Shown: piece by piece, positions 38,040 to 49,920 of the stretch
Numbering within the stretch: the first letter of the stretch is position 1
Layout of the letters: every line of letters starts with the position of its first letter
Assembly (NCBI GenBank): GCA_032718475.1
Contig: JAUCBJ010007482.1
Coordinates: 16,943 to 80,942 of the forward strand
Source of the DNA: Nemertoderma westbladi
Taxonomy: Eukaryota; Animalia; Xenacoelomorpha
Direction of reading: 5' to 3'
DNA length: 64,000 nucleotides
Made by a program: the position numbers and the translations under genes
Notes under the pieces: model-generated
Seen by the model: the letters and a program-made list of their open reading frames with translations, nothing else
Databases searched by the model: none
Told to the model about the DNA's origin: nothing

Positions 38040-38875
38040 CTGAACCGGTACTTCTGTAGGTCAGTAGGCCCAACTGCCAGAACCGGTACTGCTGTAGGTC
38101 CGTAGGTCCAACTGCCAGAACCGGTACTTCTGTAGGCCTGTAGGCCCAACTGTCCTAACCGGTACTTCCAGTATAAGTACATTAGTATTATTCGATTTTG
38201 ATTATTGTATACCGGTAGGTCTCGATATTAAATCGGGGACGCCTGGTTTTTATTGGGATTTTACTTAGGTCTATTTCTGTTAGTTTTATTTCCTAGTAAG
38301 TTAATATTGAGCTGAAGACGTGTAAGTCTGCTCAGATTGTTCAGATAATTGTAGGCCGGACTGTTGTCGGATTGTTGTTGGGTTTGGAGAGATTACTGCG
38401 TGTGTAGAGTTTGTCCGATAGAGTGCCAGTTAGTAAGTTGGGGCAGCCATAGCTGTAAGGTCAATCCTCTCTTAAAGAATAAGTCGTACTACCGTGTTAG
38501 AACGCATACTAACTAACCATTTTGGAATCTGCACATACTGTAGTTTATTTAGGCTTGACAGTATTCTGCCAGCGCTTTGGCCTGTGTTTGTTTGTGTGGT
38601 CTGTTCAGGTACCGTAATAGTTATTACTCAGATACTTTGTAGGCTGGATTGTTGTCTAGCTATTATTAGGTCTGAAGAGATTGCTGCGTGTGTAGAGTTT
38701 GTCTGATAAAGTGCCAGTTAGTAAGTTGGGGCAGCCATAGCTGTAAGGTCAATCCCCTCTTAAAGAATAAGTCGTACTACCGTGTTAGAACGCATACTAA
38801 CTAACGATTTCGGAATCTGCACATACTGTAGTTTATTTAGGCTTGGTGGTAGTCTGCCAGCGTTTGGTTTATATT
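38040..38875 (+). repeat. Leader repeats: ~38-bp tandem units (38040-38170) and a ~290-bp-period duplication (38388-38590 vs 38677-38875)
   Basis: AACCGGTACTTCTGTAGG..GTAGGCCCAACTGCCAG x3-4. GAGATT.CTGCGTGTGTAGAGTTTGTC... occurs twice, but once in copy A. Confidence 0.85.
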
Positions 38876-40209
38876 TGTTTGAGTATTCTGTACGGGTAGC
38901 GTAATATTTATTATTCAGAGTTTATGCGATTATTCGCAAAATTCATGTCCCCAAGTTTATTCCTACAGTAATTGTGTTTGTTACACATACCGTTATAGTT
39001 AAATTAACCCCGGTACTACACGGGCTGCTTGGCGTAGGACAAGACTGGTGATTTTGTGCACCGGTCACTCCAGCAGATGCCGTGGTTCTTTTAACTGTTC
39101 AAGTATATTTAACTACTGATTATTTGTTGTACCAGTACTTGTACCTAATTTAGGGTTTAGTGTACAGTGCTTTCCGAGGTAATTAGTGTGTAGGCAGTAT
39201 ATTTGTGTTGTAAAGTGGTTAATAGGCACGCTGGATCTGGTAGTCCGCGGTAATTAACTTCTAGGTAGGAACACTCCGTGATACATAACGTAGTACCTAT
39301 AGCGATACGGTTATAGGTCGTCAGGCGGTGGTATTTTCCTATCTGGACAGTGCAATATATTTACTACTACTTATTATTTCAAATACCGTAGTACCCTGTC
39401 CGTTGTAATAACCAGAATTCTAACCCTTTGTTAGGCTGGTTTGTAGACTTCCTGTAAAATTACCCTAAAATTTCGTACATAATATTTTTGTTGTGTTTAA
39501 TTAGAGATTTAATCTCACCCGTATCGTAAGTAATTTGTAGTATTAAGTAACTTAGGTAAATTAGAATAATCTGTTTTAGTGTCCCATAAGTAGCACTCCA
39601 CTGAGAGCGTACAGCTTCTGTGTAGTGACTCCCCCAGAAATAATAACATTTATTTCAAATATTGACAAAACCCCTTTTAAACGGGTATATATCTATTATA
39701 AATCAACTCAAACGATTTATAAATAGTAGGCCTGCCATACAACAACTAGGTCTCAATATCAGTTGGACTACTGCTTAAATAACGGTAATAAAGTAAGTTA
39801 AAGTAACCAAGTAACCCTAAAATATTCAGAAATTCAATTATTCTAAAATAATTGACATACCGGTATTTACCATAGGCTTATTATATTTATTTCTATAAAT
39901 TTGAGCTACAATCATACCGGTATTCTGTAATTAATTCTAGTTCATAATTATACTTATATATACTATAAGTGTAAGCTGTATACCGGTATTCACGATAGGC
40001 CTATTATATATTTATATATATTTGTGCTAAATTTATATACCGGTACTCTGTGACAAAACTAGTTTACAATACTTATATATATTATAAGTACATACCGGTA
40101 TTCTAATATACTGCAATAAATTACCGGTACTAGGCCAACAGTCATACTGAATTACTAGACTTGCTTTAACTGTAACTATAGCAGTAAGCATTCAACTGTA
40201 TAGCTAAAC

Positions 40210-43200
40210 ATGTCTGACACTCAGCAAAACCTGTCAGACAGTCTAATCGATACAACCATCTGTGACGCAGATAGGAGTGTGGAGCGATTAAGAAAGGAGT
40301 TCAGCTCACCTCCTACTGAAAGAAAGGTCATCCCTCCAGTAGAAGTATCAGACCCTAAGCTAATCCAACACCGTAGGTCTATCATCGGCACTCGGGCCCA
40401 AGTCAAACGGAACCAGGAAGCAGCTGTCCCACAGCAGCAACAGCCTAGTCAAGAAACTTGTTCCCAGCGATCCGATAGCTCCAGTAATTCGGATACTGTC
40501 GAGCTGACCCCCGAACGCGGATTGCAGATGGCAGCTAATGCCTATTCGGACCCCCTTCTCACCCTTCCTGCCGCAGTGCTAACTACTATATTGATTGCGG
40601 TGGAGGAACATCAAGCCGATTGGGTGAGAAATAAGCGAGCAACCCAAGATAATTATGCGGGATACGCCAGGGAAGAATTGATGTCTATTGTCGAGTCACA
40701 ATGGAACTTTCCCGGACCCGGACTCCCGTTAGATCTGTCCGAGGCTACTTGGGAAGATATACACAGGATGGGAGTGGCTAAAGATACGATGGATCCAGCT
40801 GTTTGGAAGAGGTCGGCAGCAGGATATGTGCAGGGATTCTTCGGCTCCTTAGAGCGATTAGAAGAACAACTGTTTCGACAACCCCAAGGACCTCAAGAGC
40901 AGGAAGAACTGCTATATCAAGTACGCGAAAGAACCCTACGCATTCGACTAATCCTATCAGCTTTTGAGGAAACTTCCAAAAGAAGACAGGACACGTCGCT
41001 GCAGGTTGCTGTCAAAACTTGGTTCCAGCGGGTAGGTCTCAAAGTACAAGAAACGGACCAGTGGAAATCCCAGCTGTCTGAGAGACTAACCTATGAAGAA
41101 CCAACCGAGGCCACCCTTTCTCAAGTGGAAGGCGAAGAGACCGCAGAGAGACCACGAACGCGAGACGCCATAGACATATATCTGTCCGACTATCAGCGAT
41201 TCCTAGGAGACGAAGAGTTGAGGAGACGGCTGTCTGGACTTTCCCCTAATAGTGAAGGAACCCAGCGTGTGTTAGACTCAATCGATGCTGAAATGTTAGC
41301 TGCTAACCAAGCTGAATTTGATGAAAAACTCCGCCTCGCTAGAGTCCAAGAAGAACAAGTAAAGAAAAAACGGATAGAGGACAAAAGGGCAGTAGCAGCG
41401 GCGAAAGCGGCAGCGTCAGTGGAAGAGGCAATAGCGGCAGCGGAAGTGGAAGCGGCAAAGGCAGTAGCAGCGGCAAAGGCAGCAGCAGCAGTGGAAGAGG
41501 CAGAAGCAAATGCTGCAGCGACAGTGGAAGCAGCCAAAGCAGCAGCAGCAATAGCATTGGCAGACACAGAACAGAGAGCGTCTGAAGAGACTACCCAACT
41601 GGAGTTGGAGAATCTGCAAGAGACGCAAGACAACATAAATAAACAGTTAACTGCTAGTCACATGCAGATGATGAGAAGATCTACTCCCAAACGCCAGGGA
41701 TATACGTCATCGGAGGAAAGCGAAACCACCGATCCTGAAGGCGGAGGAAATAGATCTCGTCTAAGCAGGCGTAGAAAAACATCTTACCGTCACAAATTGC
41801 CTGATTTGCCCCCAGCTGTGAGAAGACAACTAGCTAGCACAGACTTAAGTAGAATAGAACCTACAGACCAAATTATTAAGGTCAAAAAACTCCCTACTAT
41901 AGTTGATGAGCCTGAAATAATTAGGCCTGTCGTTCCCAAAGTCACTCCTGTGCTAGAGACCTCTGTACTTCCAGAGCTTAACTCTAAGTTCCCTTTACAC
42001 AGTACTACACTGCCTGTACCCGGTAGAACAGCCCATGAGAATATCCCTGTCCTGGAAGCTGAGAGAGAAATCAAAGATTTGTCTCCCGTCGTCCCACGTC
42101 AGCCCGCTACAATGTTGGCGACTCCCGCTTCGGCGGTCGAGTGGGTAGAGGAGGGACGGCGGGGGATGAATCTCCTGCTCGGACAGATGCAGGAGACTGT
42201 CCACCAACTTAAGGGAACAGTAAGGGAAGGTAGGGCCGAATTGCAAGAAGTGCAGCAAAGTATCGCGCTAGAACGCGACAAATTAGTCAATATCCAAAAA
42301 GGGATACCAATACCCCCTGTAAAATTGTGTCAACCTGTTAGGTCTGAAGTATTACATGCGCAAGGTGTGGAGCCTACACGCATCTATACTGCTAGTGAAG
42401 TAGAAACTCCTATAGCAAACCCTATTAAGGGTGATTATAGACCTGTTGTTAATGATATTCCTTATAGACCTGATAATGATCCGAGAAATTTATATACCGA
42501 TAATTCGATATTAAATAACACGATGGCCCAAGAAAGCTTTACGCGTCAGATGGCTAGAACAGAAGCCCGCCAAGCGGTCAAAGTGGGAGAGATCGTCAAA
42601 TTCAATGGAGATGAGATGAAATGGTTACCTTTCAACGAATATTACAAAGACAGCATACAGAACTCTGTGCTATCTAACGGAGAGAAACTTAGGTTCCTCA
42701 TCAAGTGCTTGGAAGGACCTCCCAAGTTAATGGCGTTAAAGTTTATTGGACATCCAGAAGGATTAAGACAAGTATGGGATACATTAAACATCAGGTATGG
42801 TAACAAAGATAACATAGCTAAGTATTTGTATGCAAAATTAGTAGCCCCCCGACACTTCCTTAGTAGCGGGATTATAGAGTTTTCCGATGAGATTCAAGAG
42901 ATCTGTAGACAATTGGACTGGTTAGGTAAGTCGCATGAATATCAGAGTTCCATGGTTATTGGAGCCGTAGTCTCTACTTTACCAAAGGGTGGAGTATGTA
43001 CACGCTGGGACAAACGACGAAGTCCTACCATGGCTGATCTCATGTCCTTCTTAGATGGTGAAGTAAAACTACAACTCATCAAGCAGTCCAGAGAGAAAAC
43101 ATCGGAAAATAAGGTAAGTGAGAAACCCTCTTCTAGGAGAAGAGTAACACCAGTGTGTTACACTGACGACGGCGAAAGCCAAGCTTCTCAAGAAGAGGAC

Positions 43201-43614
43201 AGCGGGAAAGACACAGATCGATCTTACTATGTTGACAAAACCTCAAAAGACGTAAGTAAATACAAGGCTCGAAACAACGATAGGAGAGAACAGGCTGCCA
43301 AGACCCCTCCTCAGTCTCCTAACAGAATGCACCGAAGAAAACCCGAAGAAAAAACGAGAGTGCATCAAGTTACCCAAGGTAAAGTGAGTAACATAAAACC
43401 TAACTGTGCGCTGTGCGACGGGACCCACCGTTTGAGTGCGTGTGCTGAATTTCTAAAGAAATCCCTTGTAGACAGACGTGCAGTCGTATGGGATAAGCGG
43501 TTATGCTATAATTGCCTCAGACCAGGACACCAACGGCGAACCTGTTACTCCGACATAAAGTGTGCAAAGTGTGGCGCGAAACATCACATCTTGTTATACA
43601 GTGAGTTCGAATGA
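40210..43614 (+). CDS. gag: BEL/Pao Gag with a long N-terminal extension (1134 aa)
   Basis: DUF1759-like core (KFNGDEMKWLPF..EKLRFLIKCLEG) and triple knuckle CALCDGTHRLSAC / CYNCLRPGHQRRTC / CAKCGAKHHILL. A TGA separates it from the in-frame pol. Confidence 0.9.
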   Translation: MSDTQQNLSDSLIDTTICDADRSVERLRKEFSSPPTERKVIPPVEVSDPKLIQHRRSIIGTRAQVKRNQEAAVPQQQQPSQETCSQRSDSSSNSDTVELTPERGLQMAANAYSDPLLTLPAAVLTTILIAVEEHQADWVRNKRATQDNYAGYAREELMSIVESQWNFPGPGLPLDLSEATWEDIHRMGVAKDTMDPAVWKRSAAGYVQGFFGSLERLEEQLFRQPQGPQEQEELLYQVRERTLRIRLILSAFEETSKRRQDTSLQVAVKTWFQRVGLKVQETDQWKSQLSERLTYEEPTEATLSQVEGEETAERPRTRDAIDIYLSDYQRFLGDEELRRRLSGLSPNSEGTQRVLDSIDAEMLAANQAEFDEKLRLARVQEEQVKKKRIEDKRAVAAAKAAASVEEAIAAAEVEAAKAVAAAKAAAAVEEAEANAAATVEAAKAAAAIALADTEQRASEETTQLELENLQETQDNINKQLTASHMQMMRRSTPKRQGYTSSEESETTDPEGGGNRSRLSRRRKTSYRHKLPDLPPAVRRQLASTDLSRIEPTDQIIKVKKLPTIVDEPEIIRPVVPKVTPVLETSVLPELNSKFPLHSTTLPVPGRTAHENIPVLEAEREIKDLSPVVPRQPATMLATPASAVEWVEEGRRGMNLLLGQMQETVHQLKGTVREGRAELQEVQQSIALERDKLVNIQKGIPIPPVKLCQPVRSEVLHAQGVEPTRIYTASEVETPIANPIKGDYRPVVNDIPYRPDNDPRNLYTDNSILNNTMAQESFTRQMARTEARQAVKVGEIVKFNGDEMKWLPFNEYYKDSIQNSVLSNGEKLRFLIKCLEGPPKLMALKFIGHPEGLRQVWDTLNIRYGNKDNIAKYLYAKLVAPRHFLSSGIIEFSDEIQEICRQLDWLGKSHEYQSSMVIGAVVSTLPKGGVCTRWDKRRSPTMADLMSFLDGEVKLQLIKQSREKTSENKVSEKPSSRRRVTPVCYTDDGESQASQEEDSGKDTDRSYYVDKTSKDVSKYKARNNDRREQAAKTPPQSPNRMHRRKPEEKTRVHQVTQGKVSNIKPNCALCDGTHRLSACAEFLKKSLVDRRAVVWDKRLCYNCLRPGHQRRTCYSDIKCAKCGAKHHILLYSEFE

Positions 43615-46600
43615 GACAAACTGAGTCAGGTAAGTGAGCCCGAACTACATGTCCAATTCAGTGATGTAAACGACACTGATCAAGAATCTGAGATGGAAGG
43701 ATTCTATACTGACGAATTCTCCGACGCCAACGAATCCTGTTATCTAATCAATACCGCAGTGTATCGAGCACTTACTTATGAAAAGGACACCAACAATGAG
43801 TTTCCCCCAACTACTTTTGCCAAACAACCATCTTGGAAAGCTCCAACTTCCAACGTAGGAATCAGAGAATTTCCTGTAGTGCAGGTAAGAGTTCACGGTC
43901 CTAACCACAGTTACATAGTGAACGCACTCCTTGACTCCGGCAGCACAGGAACATTCATCGATCAAGAATTAGCCGAAGATATCTTTGCTGGACAACCCAA
44001 ATTCCGGACTAAATTGAATATGTCAGGAATTATGCAGGTTTGGAAATCTGCCTTAACGGCAGATTACTATGTAGGTGTGTTGTCCACCCCCCAGGATAAG
44101 TTAGGAGCACAAGGTATAAGGTCGGTAAAAATGGTGGCTATAAAGAACTTCGCTACTACTCAAGCAGACCTTTATAATTGGGACGAGGATGAGAGTATCC
44201 AACATCTTAAGATACCTCGATTCCAGACAGACTATCCTGGAGTGCAAATACTCATCGGCCAAAACGCGCATGAGGCGCTCAAAACATTGGAGAAACGGCC
44301 TGCTCAACCACAGCCACTGCAAACCTATGCGGTAAGAACTAGAGTAGGTTGGTACTTTACTGGCCCTTCCCGCAGGACTCTCGAAGGGAGAATGCCACAA
44401 GAACAAATATACCAAGTAAACGATTGGGAAGTGGAGAGCAGTGAAGTGGACGAACTAACTGAGGGAACACCATACTTCTCAGATAATGACGACATCTACC
44501 AACTCTTCGATGAAGAGAACACAATCGACCTACTTACAGAAAACCAAACTTGGAAAAATCAGGTGAACCTATGTCAACTGATTCGCCCATCGGAACCCAT
44601 CGCTTACAATGACGAACTAAACGATGAGATAGAGCGCTACAACGCTAGAACTCGGGACGAACTAGCCGTACGATTCTTTACTCAGGAACTGGTAGAGCCC
44701 AATTCATATGATAAGGCTCTATCGATAGAAGAAGAAAGAGCCAAGCAAATCCAGGAAACAACTACACGTTTTTTAAAGGATCAAGGTAGATATGAAATCG
44801 GCCTACCATTTCGAAAACGAGAACCTAGATTTATAAATAACAGACCCTTGGCAGAGAAAAGAATTGCTCAATTACATCGACGCCTTACAGCTAATGCTTC
44901 AGCGAAAGAAATGTACCAAACTCAGCTGAAGAAATTTATAACAAAGGGATATGCGGAGCGAGTACCGGAAGGAACACCAGTGACTGAGAGAACGTATTAC
45001 TTAACACATCATTACGTTCCCAAACCCGGTAAACCACACGAAGTACGAGTCGTATTCGATGGCTCCGCCCTATATATGGGCCAATCCCTCAATTCCGAGT
45101 TGTTACCAGGACCCAACTTACTCCAATCTTTGTTGGGAATACTTTTAAGATTAAGACAATATTCCATCGCGTTCGCCTCAGACATAGAGGGAATGTTCTT
45201 ACAAGTCAAGGCGCTGGATAGAGATAGAGACAGTCTGAGATTTCTGTGGTGGCCTGAAGGAGACCTCAATCAGAAACCGGTAGAGTACTGGATGACCATC
45301 CAGGCTTTTGGAATCATATCAAGCCCTTCCAACGCCTGCTCCGTGGTGCGTACCACTGCGAATGACAACCGAGACTCCTTCTCCAAAGAAGTGATAGACA
45401 ACATAAAACTCAATATATACATGGACGACAATTTAAGGTCCCTTCCATCAGTAGAAGAAGCCATAGCTGTCGCGAAAGGAACGGTAGAGTGTTTGAAAAG
45501 AGGTGGATTTCGACTGACGAAATTCACTAGCAACTCCCGTGAGTTTCTGGAAGCCATACCAGTAGAAGACCGAGGAACGAAAGACCTAGACTTAATAAAG
45601 GACGATCTTCCTGAAACCAAGACACTAGGCTTGAAGTGGGACACTGAAAGAGACATCCTGTTTTTTCAGTTAAAACAGCGAGATAATCCAGTTCGGACCA
45701 AACGGATTTGTTTAAGCATCCTGAGCACTTATTTCGACCCATTGGGATTTATTAGCCCAGTTATATTGATTGCTCGGAGTTTAGTACAACAAATGTGGCT
45801 TGAAAACCACTCATGGGACGATCCGCTTAAGGGAGAATTGTTAAAGAAATGGATGAAATGGGAAGATTCTCTACCTGCCATCGAGAACTTTATAATTTCC
45901 CGTGCATATTTTGGCCATGTTCTTCCTACGTATTCTTATCAACTCCATGTGTTTGGAGACGCAAGCGACATGGGAATAGGTATAGTAGCATATCTGCGAG
46001 TCGAAACCCTGGATGGAATCAAAGTCGCCTTGGTTACCTCTAAGGCATTGATTAACAACAAGTTAAAGGTTCCTCGAGCGGAGTTAAAGGCGGCTTTATA
46101 CGCTACAGCCATCAGCCGGAACGTAACGGAACAAATCGACTATCCACTGGAGAAAACGGTTTATTGGACCGACGCTTTACTCGTGTTAGAGTATCTAACC
46201 AATGAAGTCTGTCAGTTCAGCGTTTTTGTTACTAACAGAGTAGCTATTATTCTTAGTCGCACAAAGATAGATCAATGGAGACATTGCCCTGGTACGATTA
46301 ATCCAGCCGATATCGCCTCCAGGGGAGCAACTCCACAAGAACTGATAGATACTCCAGATTGGTTTGGTGGACCCGACTTCCTGAGCAAGGAAGAGGATGA
46401 ATGGCCTCCTCACCTTACTACGGCAGAGATTAGACAAGCCAAGGGAGCGGAGACAGTCAAACCTAAAACCCGGGCGAGTAAATCGAAGTTATTTAAACCG
46501 ACTATCGATCTATCTGTATTACATACTTCCGGGAATGATGCTTCGGATCCACAATCCCTCAACACAAATAAGTCTGTTGTGGAAATTAGAGATAGAGATT

Positions 46601-48302
46601 GGAAATCTGGAATACCAGACGTCTCGCAAGGAATCTCACCCATGCTGCAGAGAGCAATGCATCATTACAGTTCCTGGAATCGGCTCTGTAAAGCCGTCAC
46701 ATATTTAAGACGATGTTTTCATCATCACTACTCCAGGACGAAGACCACTAGTGATAACGCTCCATTGACATCTGCACAAGTTCATGTTATTAAAAATTTA
46801 CCCAAATATAAGACATCTGACCGTTTTCTAAAGGAGAAAATTAGTCACCAGGAGCATGAAGAAACCAATAAGCAGATACTAAGACTCCTGCAATGCTATG
46901 AGGATTCCGAAAAGTATTTCCTGTTGTTGAGAAATCCGCAGATGCGCTTAAGGGATCGATTCTCGAGCACAATGATAGATGGGTTAATACGTGTTGGAGG
47001 AAGACTCACCAATGCGCGCTTATCCTTTGACACCAAATTCCCCATACTTATTAGAAATCTTGAAGTACAAATCAAGATGATTGTAGATGTTCACAGTAAA
47101 CTTTATCATGCTGGTAGAGAACGAATTCTAGCGAAATTCGAACTCGCTATTATTTTGATAAACCCCGTAGAGCTCTGAACCAAGTTCTTAGGAACTGCAT
47201 ACCCTGTAGAAAAGCATTCAGTAGGCCTTTAACACAGCGAGAGGCAGAATTACCTAGGGAACGAGTAAGCTTCTATGAACCACCTTTTACTAATACTGGT
47301 GTAGATTTATTTGGCCCTATTGAAGTATATCGTGCTAGGACTATAGTCAAGAGATGGTGCGTCATCTTCGTGTGCATGACTTGTAGAGCCTTCCATCTCG
47401 ATATGGTGAACGATCTATCTACCAACAGCTTCGTCTTAAGTTTACGACGACAGATCGCTCGCTTCAGGACGAGTAATACCATGAGATCGGATAAGGGAAC
47501 GAACTTCATTGGTGCCAACAACGAAATACAGGCTTACGTGAAGGACTGGAACCAAAGACAGGTGGACGACCAGCTAAGGATAACAGCGTCTAGCTGGACC
47601 TTCAACGCCACCGACGCCCCTTGGTGGGGAGGAAGTTGGGAGAGATTAATTTGAAGTGTCAAAACCGCATTTCACTTTATAGTGCCATGCTGCGCGTATC
47701 TCACCGACGAACTTTTGCGGACGTTAATGGAGGAAATCGCTGCCTATCTCAACGAGAAACCGCTTATGCCAGTCTCATCGAGTCCCGATTCCCTGGAAGC
47801 GCTAACACTCGCGCACTTCCTACTGAAGAAACCTGTAGCCATGCTCCCACGATCGGAGATTGACGACGGAGACGAATACTGCCGTCGAACTTGGCAACTT
47901 ATGCAGTTGCTATCCCGTCTTTTCGCTGACCATTTCGAGAAACATTATCTGCCCACGCTACAATTTCGAACCAAGTGGTTTGCGCAGCAAGAAAACGTCA
48001 GCGCCGGAGATATGGTGCTTATTGTAGATCCAGACCTCCCACGTAAACGGTGGCAGACAGGTCGTATCATCGAGACTTACATCTCGGATGATGGTTTAGT
48101 GCGCTCAGTAGAACTTGTCGTCATGCGGCGTAACTTCAAGAAGCCAGGCATAATCTTTGAGACGCAACAACTCAATCGCCCAGTTGGTCGTTTATGTTTA
48201 CTGGAAAGAGACAGAGAACTCTCTGGAAACTATGGAAGGCAAGACACTCTTCCCACGACCACCTCCCTAATTCCTCAAACATCTAGGGACTCCCCAATGT
48301 GA
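43615..48302 (+). pseudogene. pol: BEL/Pao Pol (PR-RT-RH-IN) with one frameshift (~47135) and one internal stop (47652-47654)
   Basis: ALLDSGSTGTFI, YLTHH..RVVFDGS, SDIEGMFLQV, YMDD, FDPLG, HVFGDAS, VPRAEL, NPADIASRG, PFTNTGVDLFGP, SDKGTNF, PWWGGSWERLI, WQTGRI..DGLVRSV. Confidence 0.93.
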
Positions 48303-49728
48303 TACGTCTGGAGTGGGTGTATGACTATATTGTTTTATCTATTTTATTATATTTTTATATGCGAACTTTATTATGTACTTTATTATAATCGTTTTTATTC
48401 AATTTTATTTAGTAGAATGTTATTTTAGTGATTATTTAGTAAATTAGTGCAATATATCAGTGTTCATTACGTAATTACATATATATAATATATTTAGTGT
48501 GACGGCGAGAAATAATTTTTTCTCTTTCCTTACTGTCCGTATCATATTATAAATACGTGACTACAGTAAGATGAAATGTCCGTACTTCTTAAAGTACAAT
48601 AAAGCCACTACTATATTCAAGTGTTATTGGTAGGCAGAGTATTAGGAATGCAAAGTTCAGATCCTCGTGTCTCGGCTAAACCAAGCTCTGGGTAGACCTT
48701 GGAAACGACTTGCCTCTTCACACTGACATTGCTTCGTGCGATATTGCTCTTCTACCTTATATTAAATAATACATATAGTAGCGTGATGTCCCTCTAACAG
48801 TAGCGTAAAACGCAAATAAATCTGTTAAACCTTTTGACCATCTGTAATTCTAGTCGATTAAGATATCGCGGCACCCACCGATATACTTGAAAGACAAATT
48901 CTAGAATCAGTGGTTAACGTCCCCAGACAAGTTCTGGAATAAATCGGTGCCCATCTTAAATATTAATTTAATATTTATTAACATCTGTAAAATTCAGATC
49001 CGTTAACAATTCTAGTCGATTAAGATATCGTAGCACTTACCGATACTCTTAAAAGACAAATTTCATAGAATTAAGGATCCTATGCCCCAGACCTGCTCTG
49101 GAATCAAATTGTGTCAATTTTAACATCAAATAATAAAATTCACGGGAATAAATTTAAATTCATATTTAAATGAATTTCATAAATTGTCATTTTGTACAAT
49201 TTATAACATTCCCAAAATTCCATTAATTAATAGATCATGGGAGCGGAGATTCATCCTATTGAGTGTATTAGAGTGCGAAAATCTCCAACATATAGTCAAT
49301 AGCCGATAAAATTAATAAAATCATGCATAAAGAGGATATTGACAATTAAAGAATTATTATTAAATAGCATCCCAGATCTGTATGCATGAGAATTACCCTA
49401 ATTCTACCGCTAGCATTCCATAATGTCACCATAACAACACCCACGCTAGAATTAGAAGCAAGTTAAAAGAACAATAGAAAGCTTGTCCCATTGCATAGCA
49501 TAGAGAATATAGCACACTGTTAGTATCCAAGGATACACAGTAATAACGTGACATTCTGGAAGGCACTGACTAATGGACAAATGGCCTGTATGTGTGCAGT
49601 TAGTGACAGTTGTGTGGAATTTGTGCGTTTATAGGTGAATGTTACTGCTAAAGTATGTTTACAGTAGCTAGTCGCAATTGTAAAAGTAGCCCAACTCTCC
49701 TATAGAAAGAACCTAAGTGGATCCAAGC

Positions 49729-49878
49729 CTTTGGGACGGACAGTGGAGTGACTTGTGCCGGTTATCGTTGTCGTGCTGTTGCTACATGTTGGCGTAAACA
49801 CCGCGACGACGGTACATCGGCGCTGAGAATCCCACTGTCCGGGGGCAAAGAGAAGTAGGCAGCGACGCCCGCTCGCCT
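49729..49878 (+). other. Long GC-rich RNA stem-loop plus a small hairpin upstream of the accessory ORFs
   Basis: CGGACAGTGG / CCACTGTCCG, GTGCCGG / TCGGCGC, TATCGTTGTCGTG / CGCGACGACGGTA (several G.U pairs); then TAGGCAGCG..CGCTCGCCTA. Confidence 0.75.
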
Positions 49879-49920
49879 AAATATAAACTTATTTGATATT
49901 AATAAACTCAGATAGCAGAT

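Noticed and set aside
41193-46643. Many antisense ORFs over BEL gag/pol, and similar ones over 1-3300 and the Copia
   Set aside because: Shadow frames of real coding sequence with no independent motifs.
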